Assembly: GCA_028534125.1 (NCBI GenBank)
Contig: CM052832.1
Coordinates: 7,504,001 to 7,568,000 of the forward strand
DNA from: Lama glama
Lineage: Eukaryota
DNA: 64,000 nucleotides
Direction: 5' to 3'
The notes beneath the pieces are model-generated. The model was not told the DNA's origin and made no database searches. It saw only the letters and a list, made by a program, of their open reading frames with translations. This document shows, one piece after another, positions 38,731 through 51,829 of the stretch. The translations under genes were made by a program, and so were the position numbers. Each line of letters starts with the position of its first letter. The stretch's first letter is position 1.

Positions 38731-39514
38731 CCCCTTGTAACTTTTCTCCAGTGTTTTAGATCACTTGGGCAGCAGTTGCGTGTCGTTTCATTTGGGAAAT
38801 AGAACAGTAAGACTGGCAGTAGACTCAATGTAGGAGATTTTCTTTACAACTTTTCTTCTGTCTCGTTTCTTTGACCTCTGATTCCCGCCTGAGACCTGTG
38901 CCCTCCCATCCTGTTGCTAATTCTTTCTCAGTTCTCCCGCCAGGCCTGCCCTCCCTTCTGAGTGATTCCACCAGACTCTGCTCTGTTCCACTTGTTAGAC
39001 TGTGACCGGCTCAGGCCCCAGTGAACTCTTCTTCACTGGAGTGAAGATTATGGAATATGTTAAATTATGCGAACATGTAGTTTAAAATCTCTATAAAGCT
39101 TTTGACTTTATTTAAGAACAAGTTAGACTATTAAGGTCAGAATTTTAAAGTTGAATTATATTTCAGAAATTACTATTTAATAGTTTGAACCAAGTGACGT
39201 TGCCTTTTTTTTCAGTAAGCCGTGAATGGTTGAGTATCAGTAATTGTGTATGATTCAGTGCAATACTAATTAGTTGTCACTAGAGAGAGTCTTCAAAAGT
39301 TTTACTGTTCTTATTTTGTAAAATAAAATACTAATATTTACTTTTCACGGTGCTTATATAGAGGGTCATAAATTGAGCTATAATGTATATAAAGGCCTTA
39401 GTGAAGTTACTAGTAGTAAATGGTTACTATTGTGATTAATCCTGATAAAATAACAGGGCTATTTATCAGCATGATTTATGTTAGAAATGGATTGCAGAAT
39501 CCGTGTAAATACTC

Positions 39515-40019
39515 TTTCAGGTTTACCCAAGAGATGCAAACCTTTTTGTGTCCTCACCTTCCCTCTCCTCCACTTCCCACCTTGAGCTCCATCTCCTGTT
39601 TGAAGTAGGTAGGAATTTATGCCGACTGGAAATTTTGTGATTGCTGTTGATGCTGTCGATAATAATATTCTTTCAAGTTCCCAAACTGTCACAATTTCTG
39701 ATGGCTGAATAGCTTCTTTCATTTTTTGTATGCCTTCAAAGTTAAGTATCAGAGGACTTTATCTTATGCATAGAATGTAATTATCTCCCATTTCATTTCA
39801 AAGTCTTACTGACTTTCCACTGTGTAACCTACCAGGCAACTAGTAAGCTGTTCAGTCTGTTGTACTATGTTTTCGCATCAGAACCAGTTTCTCAGGGTTA
39901 TTCTAATAGTCTTAATAACAAATTTAAGAGTGAAAAGTGTTGCTTAAATCTTCCATCTGGATTAGCATGCCCTGAGTTGTCCCCTCCCCCACCCCACTCG
40001 TAACACTTTTAATTTGGCA
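39515..40019 (+). repeat. Copy A of a diverged ~0.5-kb direct duplication
   Basis: Collinear similarity to 41411-41955. Confidence 0.88.
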
Positions 40020-40788
40020 GTTTATCTTCCTGGTAGAAGGAACTCACGCAAGGCACTGTTCGGTCCTCATGACCGCTTCTGCAGGGCTGTCACTTATGCC
40101 ACTTCGGTAATGCTTTATGAGTGTGTTTTAAAATAGTAAGAAAATTTTCTGTGCAGAACTTCAATTATAAGGGTTATGAAAATAGGACAAACTAATATAA
40201 TTTGTGATTGCATAAAATAAAGGAAGTAGAGGTACCACAGGGACTCAATGAATCACAGAATGGAAACAGTCTTTTACTTCTGACCAAACATTCAGACTTT
40301 GTACTAAGTCAGAGCGTGGATGTGTAACTCAGCAAAGCGGAACACACTGTGTTGCACAAGTGGGATAGAGAGGTCCACAGATACCATATGGGGAAAATTC
40401 TTGGCTTATTTCATCTGTTTCTACTGCAGAGTAAATGAAGTACCACATATTTAGCATAAACAGATGGAAAGCACACCTGCTTTGTGGAATACACACACAT
40501 ACGTGCACACATATGCACTCAGAGTGGTTCGAAATATAGAATGTTGGATGTCATGAAAGAGTGATTGCTTTCCTTCTTTTTCACTCCTTTCCTTATGAAT
40601 GTACCGTGGAAAATTTACTAATTGTTTTGAATGGCACTTGTTTATGATGGTTTGCTGTTAATATTTTCTATTTAATTAGTCTTATTTTCTCTTATATGTT
40701 ACTACCCCATACCTCAAGAAATAGTATTGTATCTCCTGTTTAAAAAAATGTTTGTTTTGCAGTTGACCGACATTTAGTTACCTAGTTT

Positions 40789-40913
40789 GTTTTGAGGGGA
40801 GAGGTAATTAGGTTTATTCATTTATTTATTTTTAGAACAGGCACTGGGGATTGAACCCAGGACCTCGTGCATGCTAAGCATGCACTCTGCCACTTGAGCT
40901 CTACCCTCCCCCC
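40789..40913 (-). mobile_element. tRNA-derived SINE, camelid Vic-1 type
   Basis: Minus strand GGGGGGAGGGTAGAGCTCAAGTGGCAGAGTGCATGCTTAGCATGCACGAGGTCCTGGGTTCAATCCCCAG with Pol III A/B boxes; A-rich tail; candidate TSD cctagttt (40781-40788, 40912-40919). Confidence 0.88.
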
Positions 40914-41410
40914 TAGTTTTTAATCTGTGACACAAGATGGGCATATTCTAAGTAGATTGCCTCTAGCTACATTTTTTTTTCCACAAATTGCCCCAGGTGG
41001 TTTACTACAGGTGTAACCTAGAGGACTGACCAGGAAGGAGTTTCCAGTCCTTTCCCCACTCTTAGCGTGTCTTCTTTCTCCTGCTGGGGTATATTCCACT
41101 CAGAGTCAATTATTCAGCTCTTCAAAGTGAGATAGTCTCAGAGCATAAACTGTTTACAGTTCCGGGAAGCTACAAGTACTCTTTCACGTCACGTGGTTGG
41201 CTTAGCGTGGGTATAAAACAGTTTCTTCCTCCTTTCAGTGTGTTTCAAGCCTTTTCCTTTCGCGTTCTTCATTTATTTCCTGCTGCTCAGCTAGGATCCC
41301 AGCGTCTGACTTAAGCTAAGCTCTGCAGGCTACTTGGATCCTGTGCCAAGCTTAGATTTCTGACCTGTGCTGAAACTCCTATTAAATGCCTAAGGCATAG
41401 CTTCTAAGAA

Positions 41411-41955
41411 TTTCAGATTTACGAAAGAGATGCAGACCTTTCCTAAAATTCCTTCTCTCCATATAGAGTTGCATGACTTACTTAGAATAGGTACAGATTA
41501 GTGGCAGCTGGAAATTGTGTGACTGAATCCATATTACAAGGCTGTCAATAATATGTTTTTGATAATGCCCATTTTGAGTGAAGCTCAAAAAGACTACCAT
41601 GATTTTTGATGACTGTATAGGTACTTGTATTTCTCAAAGTTAAATATCTGAAAAACCTCTCTGTTTTATGCAGAGAGTATAATCATCTACCATCCCATTT
41701 AAAAGTCACCCTGTATTTTCACTAAATGAATTTATCAGCCAACCAGTAAACCATGCAATCTGTTGCATTATGTTTTTAGATATAAATTGGTTTTTAAAGT
41801 TATTCTAATAATCATTAATTATGAAAACTAATAAAGAATAAACTTACATGTATGAAGTGACCATCTAATCTCCTGTCTGGATTAGCAGGCACTGAGTTCT
41901 CCTGAGATTTCTCCCTCTCTGTTTATGCTTGCTTCTAGTGCCTTTTAATTTGGCA
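41411..41955 (+). repeat. Copy B of a diverged ~0.5-kb direct duplication
   Basis: Collinear similarity to 39515-40019. Confidence 0.88.
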
Positions 41956-42659
41956 AATGTTTCCCAAGAACTCTATTCTCATTCATAATATTTCTGTGTT
42001 CTCTTCTGTATCTGAATCAAGAGATTGTTTTCAGGCTCTTGTTCTCCAGTACCTTTAACAAGATCTTTGAAAGTCTTTTATTTTTTTTTTTTAACCCTAT
42101 AGCTTCTTTCTCCAGTGTTGCTGTTTCTCTTGATTAGTGTGGAGATTATGCAGAGAAGAAGAAAAGAAAAGTTAGTAAATATCTCTTATGTGCCAGGCAG
42201 TCTCAAAACATTTTTTTATATATTATTTTATTGTACATATATTGGCAATTTTCCAGGTTTTAAAACATATTATTTCTGCATAGCTTTTTAACTTAGAAAA
42301 ATTTAACCCAATTTGGCATTGCATTGTTACATAGATATAATTAGAAGCCTTTATTTCTCAGATTCCAGTATTATATTTTGTTCTACACTTGAATAATACA
42401 TATCAATCCTTTTTTTCCCCAATATTTTTTAATCCCTTCAGAGACTCACATCTCTCAATAATATAGTTTAATTTTTTATCTGGAAATTTAATTGTATATA
42501 ACATGGCATACGTTTCTAAAAGATCAAAAACTTTTTTGCCAAAACTTTATGTAAAGATTCCTTGACTTAGCAATGTCCTTAAGAACATGAAAAAATACAT
42601 TTTCTTTTTAAACTTTCAATCTAGGCACACTCTGACAGAATGACATCTCTTATAATAAA

Positions 42660-42800
42660 CATTTTACTTAATATTTGCAATAAACCCAGAGAGCTGGAAA
42701 ATACTGTCTTCATCTTATTGGCGTGGAAACTGAAGAACAGAAAGATTAAGCAACTTGTCCAGTCACACAGCTTATAAAGTAGGGGGTGTAGAATTCAAGT
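42660..42800 (-). mobile_element. MIR fragment
   Basis: ggaaactgaagaacagaaagattaagcaacttgtccagtcacacagct. Confidence 0.75.
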
Positions 42801-44329
42801 AATTTCTTCTTTATGCAGTTTGGGAAGCTTTAGGATGAAAAGTTCTGATTCTTTTATGAGTACTAGTGGGTACTTGTCTGACTGAATTTGCTATGTATCT
42901 CTAAGGTCTCTTCTAATTTTTGAGTATTCTGTGGTTCTCCGAAGTGAAGACTGTTATTTTCAGAATAGATTTGTATTTTTAAAGGGTTTGTGGAGAATAG
43001 TGGGCATAAAGAAATGGTTAGAAAAGAGAAGCCCCAAGAAAGATAAGCAGAATCTGCTTTTGTTGTGGAAAATACAAATTCATTATCGTGTCTTTGATAA
43101 AGATTTCCCATTTTTTTAAGTCTATAAAGAGAAAAGGTAACATTCTTCAGTGTGAGAAATGGTCTTAATAGCCAACAAATGTTTTAGGGATAATGGCTAA
43201 TTTTACAACATTAAAGTAGGCAAAACTTGATAGATCTCAGGATAAAAGTAATTAAATGTTAAGAAAGAAGAGATTAAAACGTACTTGAAAAAGATATTTA
43301 AAATATTGTGGATGTCTCTGGAAATCTACCATTTGCTGCTTGTGGTGGTGGCAGACTTCAAGAAGCAAAGTTCTAGCAAATAAAGCCTTTTCCTTGAGAA
43401 CTGAAGTTGCTTCTTGAAGTGTCCCCTGAAAGATTTTCGTTAAGAGCTTTAGATTTCAGGTAAGATTTGGTGATAATATGGGAAGTGAAATAGCTAGTAA
43501 TATTTCTAACAAATTTCTCATGATCCACATATAAGATAAAAAGAGTAATACCTTTTCAGTCTCTTCTCATATTAACTTTTTCTATCATCACAAAAGTCTC
43601 AACTTTATTCTGTTCAATCATGTTGTCTATGGCAGGTTTGAAAAATTGAATACTGTTCTTTTTTCTAAATATATGAGCATTTGATTTCATTGATAAGAAT
43701 AAGGGTGCTATCAGTGCCTGTTTTTACTAGGAACTCAGTATGTTGGTATTTTTCCATTTAAAAGCAAACATATTAACTCTTTTTCTAAATTATTTTAATA
43801 TTTCCTATCATGTTGGGTACAAAATAAAGCTTACATTTTCATATAAATCAGAGAACAGATGGTGATATAGTTAATATTTTCAAATGTCTCTCTTTTAGAA
43901 ATAAAGAAAATACTAATTTCATTTTTTTTCCTAACACATCTTTTTTGTTCTCTTTTTATGCTGGTCAAGAAATGAAAGTTCCTTGTAAGCCAGAGAGAAG
44001 TTATTTATGTCAAAACTAAAGAATGAATGGCTTCTCTCAAAAAGAAGGAATAATAATTAATAAATTATCCTTTTATTTACACTCAAATTTTAAAACCAAT
44101 TGTTTCTTCATTTTAACTAAATTTTTGTGCTTGAATGATAAGCCACTTAGTAGCCATTAATATCTAGAACTATGATTGGATTTCAAGATGGATGTGAATC
44201 ATGTTGTCAGAGGTAGAATTCCTATTTTTAAATGTCAGATAAATTGCACAGACCTTGCATTTTATGCCAAGAAATCAAATTTAGCCATTGGTTTACGTGA
44301 AATCACCTTGAGCAAGTCATGAGGATTTC

Positions 44330-44635
44330 CAGTTGGAATATAAACAATGTTTCTTAAATATATTCCTGGAGAAAGGGATGAAAAAGAAGCTTGGGACTAG
44401 ATATTCAAGATCATTAGGTTTCAAACTAAGGAATTTATACGTAATTCTGTAGATTGCTTGGTGCATTGAAAATTTTAGAAAGTGGCTTAGTCAGGAAAGT
44501 CGACAGAAGAACCTGGCTATTCTACGTAGGACAGTGAAAGACTCAAGATGCCACTTCTGGACAGGTCTGTTGGAAGGTTATTGAAGTTTTTAGGTGAGAG
44601 ATTACTAGCTCTGAGTTGGATGGTGACAGGTTCTG
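44330..44635 (-). mobile_element. L2 fragment
   Basis: taaggaatttatacgtaattctgtag...taggtgagagattactagctctgagttggatggtgac. Confidence 0.5.
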
Positions 44636-44904
44636 AACTAAATTTACTATCTGTAAACAGCAGTCCATTATGGGTGTAAATTAAATCCTGTATCTGTAAG
44701 AATAAATGACTTCAAAATGATACCTCAATCAAGTCCATTATGACAGGTATCAGTGGGAGGACTGACTTCCTAGTACATGTGGACATACCAATTCGGCATG
44801 TTGTCACTTACTGATCATTGTTCTAAATGTGACCCTCCTCGTTGCTTTTGTAAAACCCACAACAGCTTTTGAACCTCCAGTTGGGAAATGCTGGTAGGGT
44901 GGAG

Positions 44905-45090
44905 GGCTTCAGGAGACACACATCCCTGGGTTTACATTTTGGCTTCATAACTTGCTGGTTTTGCACCCTTGAGCATTATTTGTTTCTCTCTCTGAGTCTT
45001 GGTTTACTTATCTGTAGGAATTTACCTACCTCGTAGGCATTATTTAAGGTGATGTGTATAAATGATTTAGCACTGATTGATGCTGTCTCT
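44905..45090 (+). mobile_element. MIR fragment
   Basis: ctgggttt...ggcttcataacttgct...cccttgagca...ctctctgagtcttggtttacttatctgta. Confidence 0.65.
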
Positions 45091-47059
45091 CAATGAAAAC
45101 AGGATTTAATTAATTTCAGCCAAAAAATTTAATCATAAATCTATGCACTTGGAGTAACACAATGTTAAAGGCAAAGATACTAAAGATCCAGAAGAGAGCT
45201 TGAAGGGTCATATGCTGTCTGGGGCCACTTTCTTGACTTTGACTGTCCCAGTGTCTACAGTTCTATCGCGATCTCTCCTGCTTCTGCTTCTCAGTCATGA
45301 TATACTTAGGTGTCTTAAAATTTTAGATATCAGTTTATATAATTAATTTTGTGCACATCTCCCTGATCCTTCCTTCTCTGTTCCCATCTAACTCTGTCCC
45401 TGAGAAGAACCCTTCAGACAGAGTGGCCCAAATTGCCTTTGAGTCCTGGGGCTTGAGAGACTTTTCCATATACTTCATGCTTTCTCATTTTATGACTGTA
45501 ATTCAAGTAGAGCTTAACTATCAGTGAAACAAGAGCACAGCATTGACTAAAGCCATTTATTTTTCTTCAACAAATCCTTGAATGTTCTCCTAAATGATTT
45601 TTTTGAGTCCCAACATTTTGTATTTTAGTGATGACTACTATGTTTAGTTTTTTGCCTTTCCCACAAACGAGTAACTTCCAGAATATTGTATGAAAAAGTT
45701 TCCCAACATGCTTGAAATATAGATGGAAAGATTGAATCAGTAAATAATAATTTGAGAGATGGAACAGAGAAATGAGTAAATTGGTAGGTGAGAAAGGGTT
45801 CAGTAGATAGAAAAGAAAGTTTAAGCCCCTAAATGACTACTGTGCTAGTGAGTATAGATTTGTGAAATTATTACTGGTGCTAAATCAGGTATTTACTAGG
45901 AATATACTTGGTAAAGTATGAGGCAGTATTTTCTGTTATCATTGCTAATAATGATCTTTTCCAAAACTTATTTTAAAAGTCTTTACCCAAAGAATCTATA
46001 GGAAAAGATTTTTATCTGAAATTCTAATATAGTTAATAGGTGCAATTTCTAGTGCTAGTATTAGCATTTATATTTAAGAAATAACTCTAGGTACCAGAAT
46101 TTGGGGAGTCAGTCATCCTTCCTATGTTCATGTGTTCTTTTTTCTATGAACTGACCCGTTAAGCATTTTAACTTCTAATACCTCGACATTTGTATAGGAG
46201 ACTTCTGTTCAGGGGAAAACTTAAAATTCTATATTTTTATTAATCATCTAGCATTACTATTTTAAAAAATAATTATTTTCTACCACCTAAAATTATGCAA
46301 CGTAATACTTCTAGAGTTACACCTATATTTAACACCATTCTTCAAAATATGTATTCTTAAAAGTAAAATTATTTGCTGTGCTTTATGTAGGTGAAATTAC
46401 AAAAGACTCACGACTTCTAATAATCAGTTTAATCTGATTTTAAATTCTTGATGGTTTTGGAACAGGAATTTTTGTTTGAAAGAAAGATTGCCTAGTTAAC
46501 TGAATTATGCAATTGTAAGTAAATGTGGTCACAGCTGCTTTTGATTTCTTTGTTATACACCTGATTGGAAACAAGGTTTTAAAAATATTTTTCCATTTCT
46601 TACACTGACACCTAGTGTTCACTATTCCTGATATCTTAAATATCGAAATTTAGTTATTAATAGCTATGGAACTAAAATTACGTTATGCATTTTTTAGCAG
46701 TACACCTGTTCACAGATCAATAACTCCTATTTTTAATACCAGCCATTTTTTTCTAGTTATATGTATATGACACCATTATGAATCAATTGCTGATGCTCTT
46801 TGGAACACAGCAAGACTGAAAGAAGCGTCAAGGTTTAGAAGTGGAAGGAACTTGAGTTTTTAAAACCAGGATTCTTAAGATCTCAGTGCTTTGTTATGTA
46901 CGTAATTTCCTTCAAGACACATGTGCCAGTGGATGATTTTGTTTATGAGAGTCTGGTTCCTGGGTAATAGAACAAATCATGTTTAGTCATATAAGCAAGT
47001 GAAGGTATGAATATTACTAGTTGGCCAGGATTGAAGCAAGATTTAGTTGTTTCTGATTT

Positions 47060-47297
47060 TTTTTTTATTGAGGTATAATCTTTTGACATGTAACATTAGT
47101 TTCAGATGTACAACGTAATGATTCAGTATTTGTGGATATAGCAAAATGATCACCACAATAAGTCTAGTTAACATTCATAACCATACATAGTTTAAAAAAT
47201 TCTTTTTTTCTTGTGATGAGAACTTTTAAGACCTACTCTCTTAGCAACTTTCCAATTTGCAATACAGGATTATTAACTATAGTCACCGTGCTGTGCA
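47060..47297 (-). mobile_element. L1MA-like 3' tail with probable TSD
   Basis: Poly-T then tttattgaggtataat...aagacctactctcttagcaactttc; flanks gtttctgattttt / gtttctaattttt. Confidence 0.85.
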
Positions 47298-47864
47298 GTT
47301 TCTAATTTTTGAAATGGGTGACTTTGTGATATTATATGTTTACTATTTCCTGTGAGTTCCTAAGGGTGATTTAAGTATTCCAGGTTTTCTGGTAATAAAG
47401 TTTAAAGGTCTAGAAGATTAGTGTCAGATTATCTGCAGTTAAGTGAAAAAGTATATGTAAGTTGGAGAAATTTTATTTATGCAGTTAGCAGTTGTTAAAG
47501 CAGAAATCCAAGTGGCCAGCACACCTAGTAAAATTTATTCATTTCATTTTTTATATCTTTTCTTAAAATAGGGAATGACATTATTGGTAAGATGAACATT
47601 TTAAATAAAAATGAACATTAAATTTGCTAAAGTATTTACAGTGACAAAGACTAAATTTCAGGTCATTTCTAATAAAATTGCTGCAAACTTCGCAGTATTT
47701 AAATATGCAAATATATCTTTGGAGTATGATTGTCTTATAACTAAAAATCAAACATTTTAAGTATAGGAGATAATCATAATTGAGCTAGGTTTATTTTTAA
47801 TAATAATTATGATATTTTTGGTTAATCTAAGAACTTTGAAAGGGAAATTGTTTCATAAGCTGTC

Positions 47865-47952
47865 ATTTTATATATAATTTATAATTTTATAATTTATATT
47901 TATAATTCATGTTATATATTACATATTTAATATTTATAATTTATATATATTA
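47865..47952. repeat. AT-rich low-complexity tract (tttataa-like units)
   Basis: Directly visible. Confidence 0.85.
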
Positions 47953-48954
47953 TCTGCTATTTAATAGTATTTTCGATGCAGAGGTAAGTGTCTAATGAGG
48001 TCTTTTTGTGCATATGGTTTGGTTAACAGAAATGGTAAGAATGAAAAAATACAGAAAAAAATAGGAAAGAATTTTGATTACCATTTCTTCATTTTTAATA
48101 GTTTCCAATATATTTCTCACATTATTTTTTTAGGTTAGATTTCAATACACTTCTGAATTAGTGTTTTTAGGATTATCAGGTTCACACAAAAATCAACCAA
48201 GTTCTTGGAAAAGAGGTGCCCAGTCCTTTTAATTATAGCACATGTGACATAAAAGATCTGAGAGAATCTTGTCGAATATAACAAAAATGAGTAATGAAGT
48301 AGGTAACAGTTGTGAAGTACATAGTTTTTCCTTGGCTTAAATGGATTGAAACTTTTAATTCGGAATATCATCATAATTAATGTTGAGGGAAAATTGCAGT
48401 AGTGGTACATAATGTACATAAATGCAATGGTTCTGTGTATATAGATACTTCAGGTGACTTAATCAAATATTTAAGTCTTCTTGTAAGTCAGGACAGTAAA
48501 ATTTCAAATCACATTTTTCCCAAGGCAGTTAATGAAAATGCTTAATCTTGTACTTTTAAAATTTATACGTTCATTGGCTCCCTTTGTATTCAAATTGCTT
48601 ATTTCATTTAGAAGCCCAAATAAAATTAAAGAAAGGCGTCACACTTACATATAACTGAGTGAAAGTTCACCTGGCTTTTTCCCTCTCTTCCAGATGCAAA
48701 AATTGGCTGAAACTACTGGGACAGGCAGTTATTTTAGAATAGGTTCTAGTTTAATGTTTTAACAGGCCCAAGAGTAAAATATTCTGCAACTACTGCAGTT
48801 TTATATTGCTACTCTTAAGGTAGAACCCTGTTAAAACTAGTGTATAATTTTTTGAATTCTGATGTGATATAAGTAAAATCTTGTCTCCTCAATTATGTTA
48901 CATATAGTAAGAGATAGAGTTAGACTGGGTGGATTGTTAGCCTCACCAGGGCTC

Positions 48955-49390
48955 CATCATTCATTGATTCATCAAAGATTTATTGATAAATGTTCCAAAG
49001 CATTGTTTTAGGCATTGGGAGTACAATGGTACAAAGAGCTCCTGCCCTCATAGAGCTTATATTTTGGTGTGCAAGTAAGAGAATGAATATATGAATAAAT
49101 GATAACAGACAGTGTTACCTGCTATGAAGAAAATCATGCAGGATCAGGAAAGGGAGAGATAAAGTTAGATGACTTCGGAGGAGATGATATTTGAGGAAAA
49201 ACTCAGATAATGTGACGTAGAATAGCACCCATGGATCTAGGGAGAGAGCATTCCAGACCTGGGGAATAGGAGGTGTAAAGGCCTTGAGACTGAAATGTGC
49301 TTCAGAAATAGAAGTCTCAGGGTGTCTGGAGTGGAGTGAGTTGTAGGTCAAATGGTAGGAGATGAGGTGTGAAAGGTGAGCAGGCAGTAT
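48955..49390 (-). mobile_element. L2 3' end
   Basis: cattcattgattcatcaaagatttattga...cctgccctcatagagcttat...gcattccagac...gtaaaggccttgag. Confidence 0.85.
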
Positions 49391-49494
49391 GTTTCTTCTA
49401 TTTCAAGAATTTTTAATAGTTTCTTCATCAATATCTAATAGGATTTTATCATATTTAATCAATTATAATAAAGTTCTTTTTTTATTAAATTTTT

Positions 49495-49905
49495 TCCTTT
49501 TCCAGTTTTATTACGATGTAATAGACATCACTGTGTAAGTTTAATGTATACATATACTGTGAAATGATTGCCGCAGCAATTTTAATTGACTTCTGTCATC
49601 TCACATAGATATTTTAAAAAGGAAGGAAAGTATTTTAAAGTCTTGTTTTTAAATAGACTTGATTTTTTTTTTAGTAGTTTTAGATTCATAGTAGAATTGA
49701 GCAGAAAGGACCGATTTCCCATATGCCTCCTGCCCCCACACATTTATCACTTCTCCCGTTATCAACATCACTCCTCAGAGTGGTTAATTTGTTAACGTTG
49801 ATGAACCTGTATTGAAACATAATCATCACCCAGACCCATAGTTTACTTTAGGATTCACTCTTGGTATTGTACATTCTATGAGTTTGGACAAATAGATACC
49901 TACCA
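49495..49905 (-). mobile_element. Two short L1 3'-end fragments (L1MA-like and L1MC-like)
   Basis: ccagtttttattac...gtaagtttaatg; gtttttagattcatagtagaattgagcagaaag...gattcactcttggtattgtacattctatg. Confidence 0.75.
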
Positions 49906-49909
49906 TTTA

Positions 49910-51800
49910 AGTACTCATATATTGGTGCCTAAGTATTTACATGTTACATTCTCTTGTTGAATTGGTCTTTTATCATCATACCCTGACCTTCTTTGTCTCT
50001 TACTACAGTCTTTGGCTTAAAGTCTATTTTGTTTGGTATGAGTATAGCTCTCCCTGCTTTAGTTTCCATTTGCGTAGAATGTATTTTCCAATCCCTTTTC
50101 TTTCAGTCCCTGTGAGACCTTACATTGAAGTGAGTGTTTTGTAGGCAACATAAAACTGGGCCTTGCTTTTTTAATCCATTCAACTGCTCTTTGTCTTCTG
50201 ATTGGAGAATTTAATTCATTTACAATTAAAGTAATTGTTGATAGGTATGGACTTATTATTGCCATTTTGTTCATTGTTTTCTGGCTCCTCTTCCTTTGTG
50301 ATTTGATGATTTTTATAACATGCTTAGATTCCTTTCTCTTTATTATTTCTGTATCTACTATAGGTTTTTGTTTTCTGATTACCAGGAGATTAATATGAAA
50401 TATCTTAGAGTTATACAAGTCCATTTTAAGCTGATAACAACTTAACTTCAAACACATACCAAAGCTCTACATTTTTACACTCCTCCACAACATTTTGTTT
50501 TTAATGTCACAGTTTACAGCTCTTTACCTTGTGTATCCATTAACACAATGTTGTAGTTCTAGTTATTTTTAATACTTTTGTCTTTTAACTGTCATACTAG
50601 ATTTATAAGTGACTTACCCACCACTATTAAAACATTTAAGTATTCTGAATTTAACTGTATATTTACTTTGACTGGTGAGATTTACACTTTCATATATTTT
50701 CCTGTTACTAATTAGCATCCTTTGTCAGCTTCAAGGACTCCCTTTAAATATTTCTTGTAAGGCCAGTCTAGTGGTTATGAATTAAGCTTGTCTGGAAAAT
50801 TCTTTATCTCTCCTTCAGTTCTGAAGGACAGCTTTGCTGTTCAGAGTATTCTTGGTTGCCAGTTTTTTTCTTTCCATACTTTGAATATATCATGCTACTC
50901 CCTTCTGGCCTGCAAAGTTTCTTCTAAAAAACCTGCTGACAGTTTTATAGGAGTTTCTTTGTACATAAGCAGTTGATTTTCTCTTCTTGCTTTTAAGATT
51001 CTCTCCTTGTGTTTAACTTTTGCCAATTTAATCATAATATGTCTCTGTGTGGTTCTCTTTGGATTCATCTTTTTTAAAACTCTGAGGGTGTCCTGGATCT
51101 GGCTGTCTTTTTCTGTCTCTGGGTTAGGGAAATTTTCAGCCATTGCTTCTTCAAATAAGCTTCTACTCCTTGCTCTCACTCTTATCCTGGGACCCCTGTA
51201 ACACAAATATTGGTCCACTTGATAGTGTTTCTTAAGTCCCTTAAGCTGTCTTTACTCTTTTTCATTTTTTTTTCTTTTTGCCCTTCTTACTAAATGAATT
51301 CACTGTCTTGTCTTTGAGTTTGCTGATTCTTTCTTCTGCTTTATCTAGTCTGTTGTTGAACCTTTCTGTTGAATTTTTCAGTTCAATGATTGTATTCTTT
51401 AACTCTGTGATTTCTGACTTGCACTTTCTTACATTTTCTGTCTCTTTGTTAAAATTCTTCCTTTGATCATACATTGTTCTTTTGACCTTGGTGGGCATTT
51501 GAACTCTTTATCAGGTTAATCATTTATCTCCATTTCATTAAGGTCTGTTTCTAGAGTTTTACCTTTTTCTTTTGTTTGGAACATATTTCCCTTTGTCTTC
51601 ATTTTCCTTCACTCTCTATGTTAATCTCTGTGCATTAGATATAAGAGCCACTTCTCCCAGTCTTGATGGAATTGTCTTGTATAGAAGATGAAACTTATCA
51701 TTCATCCTATCTCTTAGTTGTCTCTTAAACCTCTGTGTTTTCCTAAGCAGCTATCTTTGATCTTGGTGGCTCCCAGTAATTGAGAGTGTGCCAAGACCTG
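49910..51800 (-). mobile_element. L1 ORF1 and ORF2 N-terminus (decayed)
   Basis: Minus-strand peptides LFEEAMAENFPN...HIMIKLAKVKHKERILKARRE (ORF1p) and YLSTITLIVNELNSPIRRQRAVEWIKK (ORF2 endonuclease start). Confidence 0.95.
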
Positions 51801-51829
51801 TTTTGGTGTGGGTGTTTTCTTGTTTCCCC

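Noticed and set aside
39018..39039. 8-bp hairpin ccagtgaa/ttcactgg
   Set aside because: Stems this short are expected several times by chance in 64 kb.
40789..40913. Functional tRNA gene
   Set aside because: No proper acceptor stem; A-rich tail and TSD indicate a SINE.
43440..43466. Recursive splice site tttcAG|GTAAGA
   Set aside because: Short polypyrimidine tract with several upstream AGs; expected by chance.
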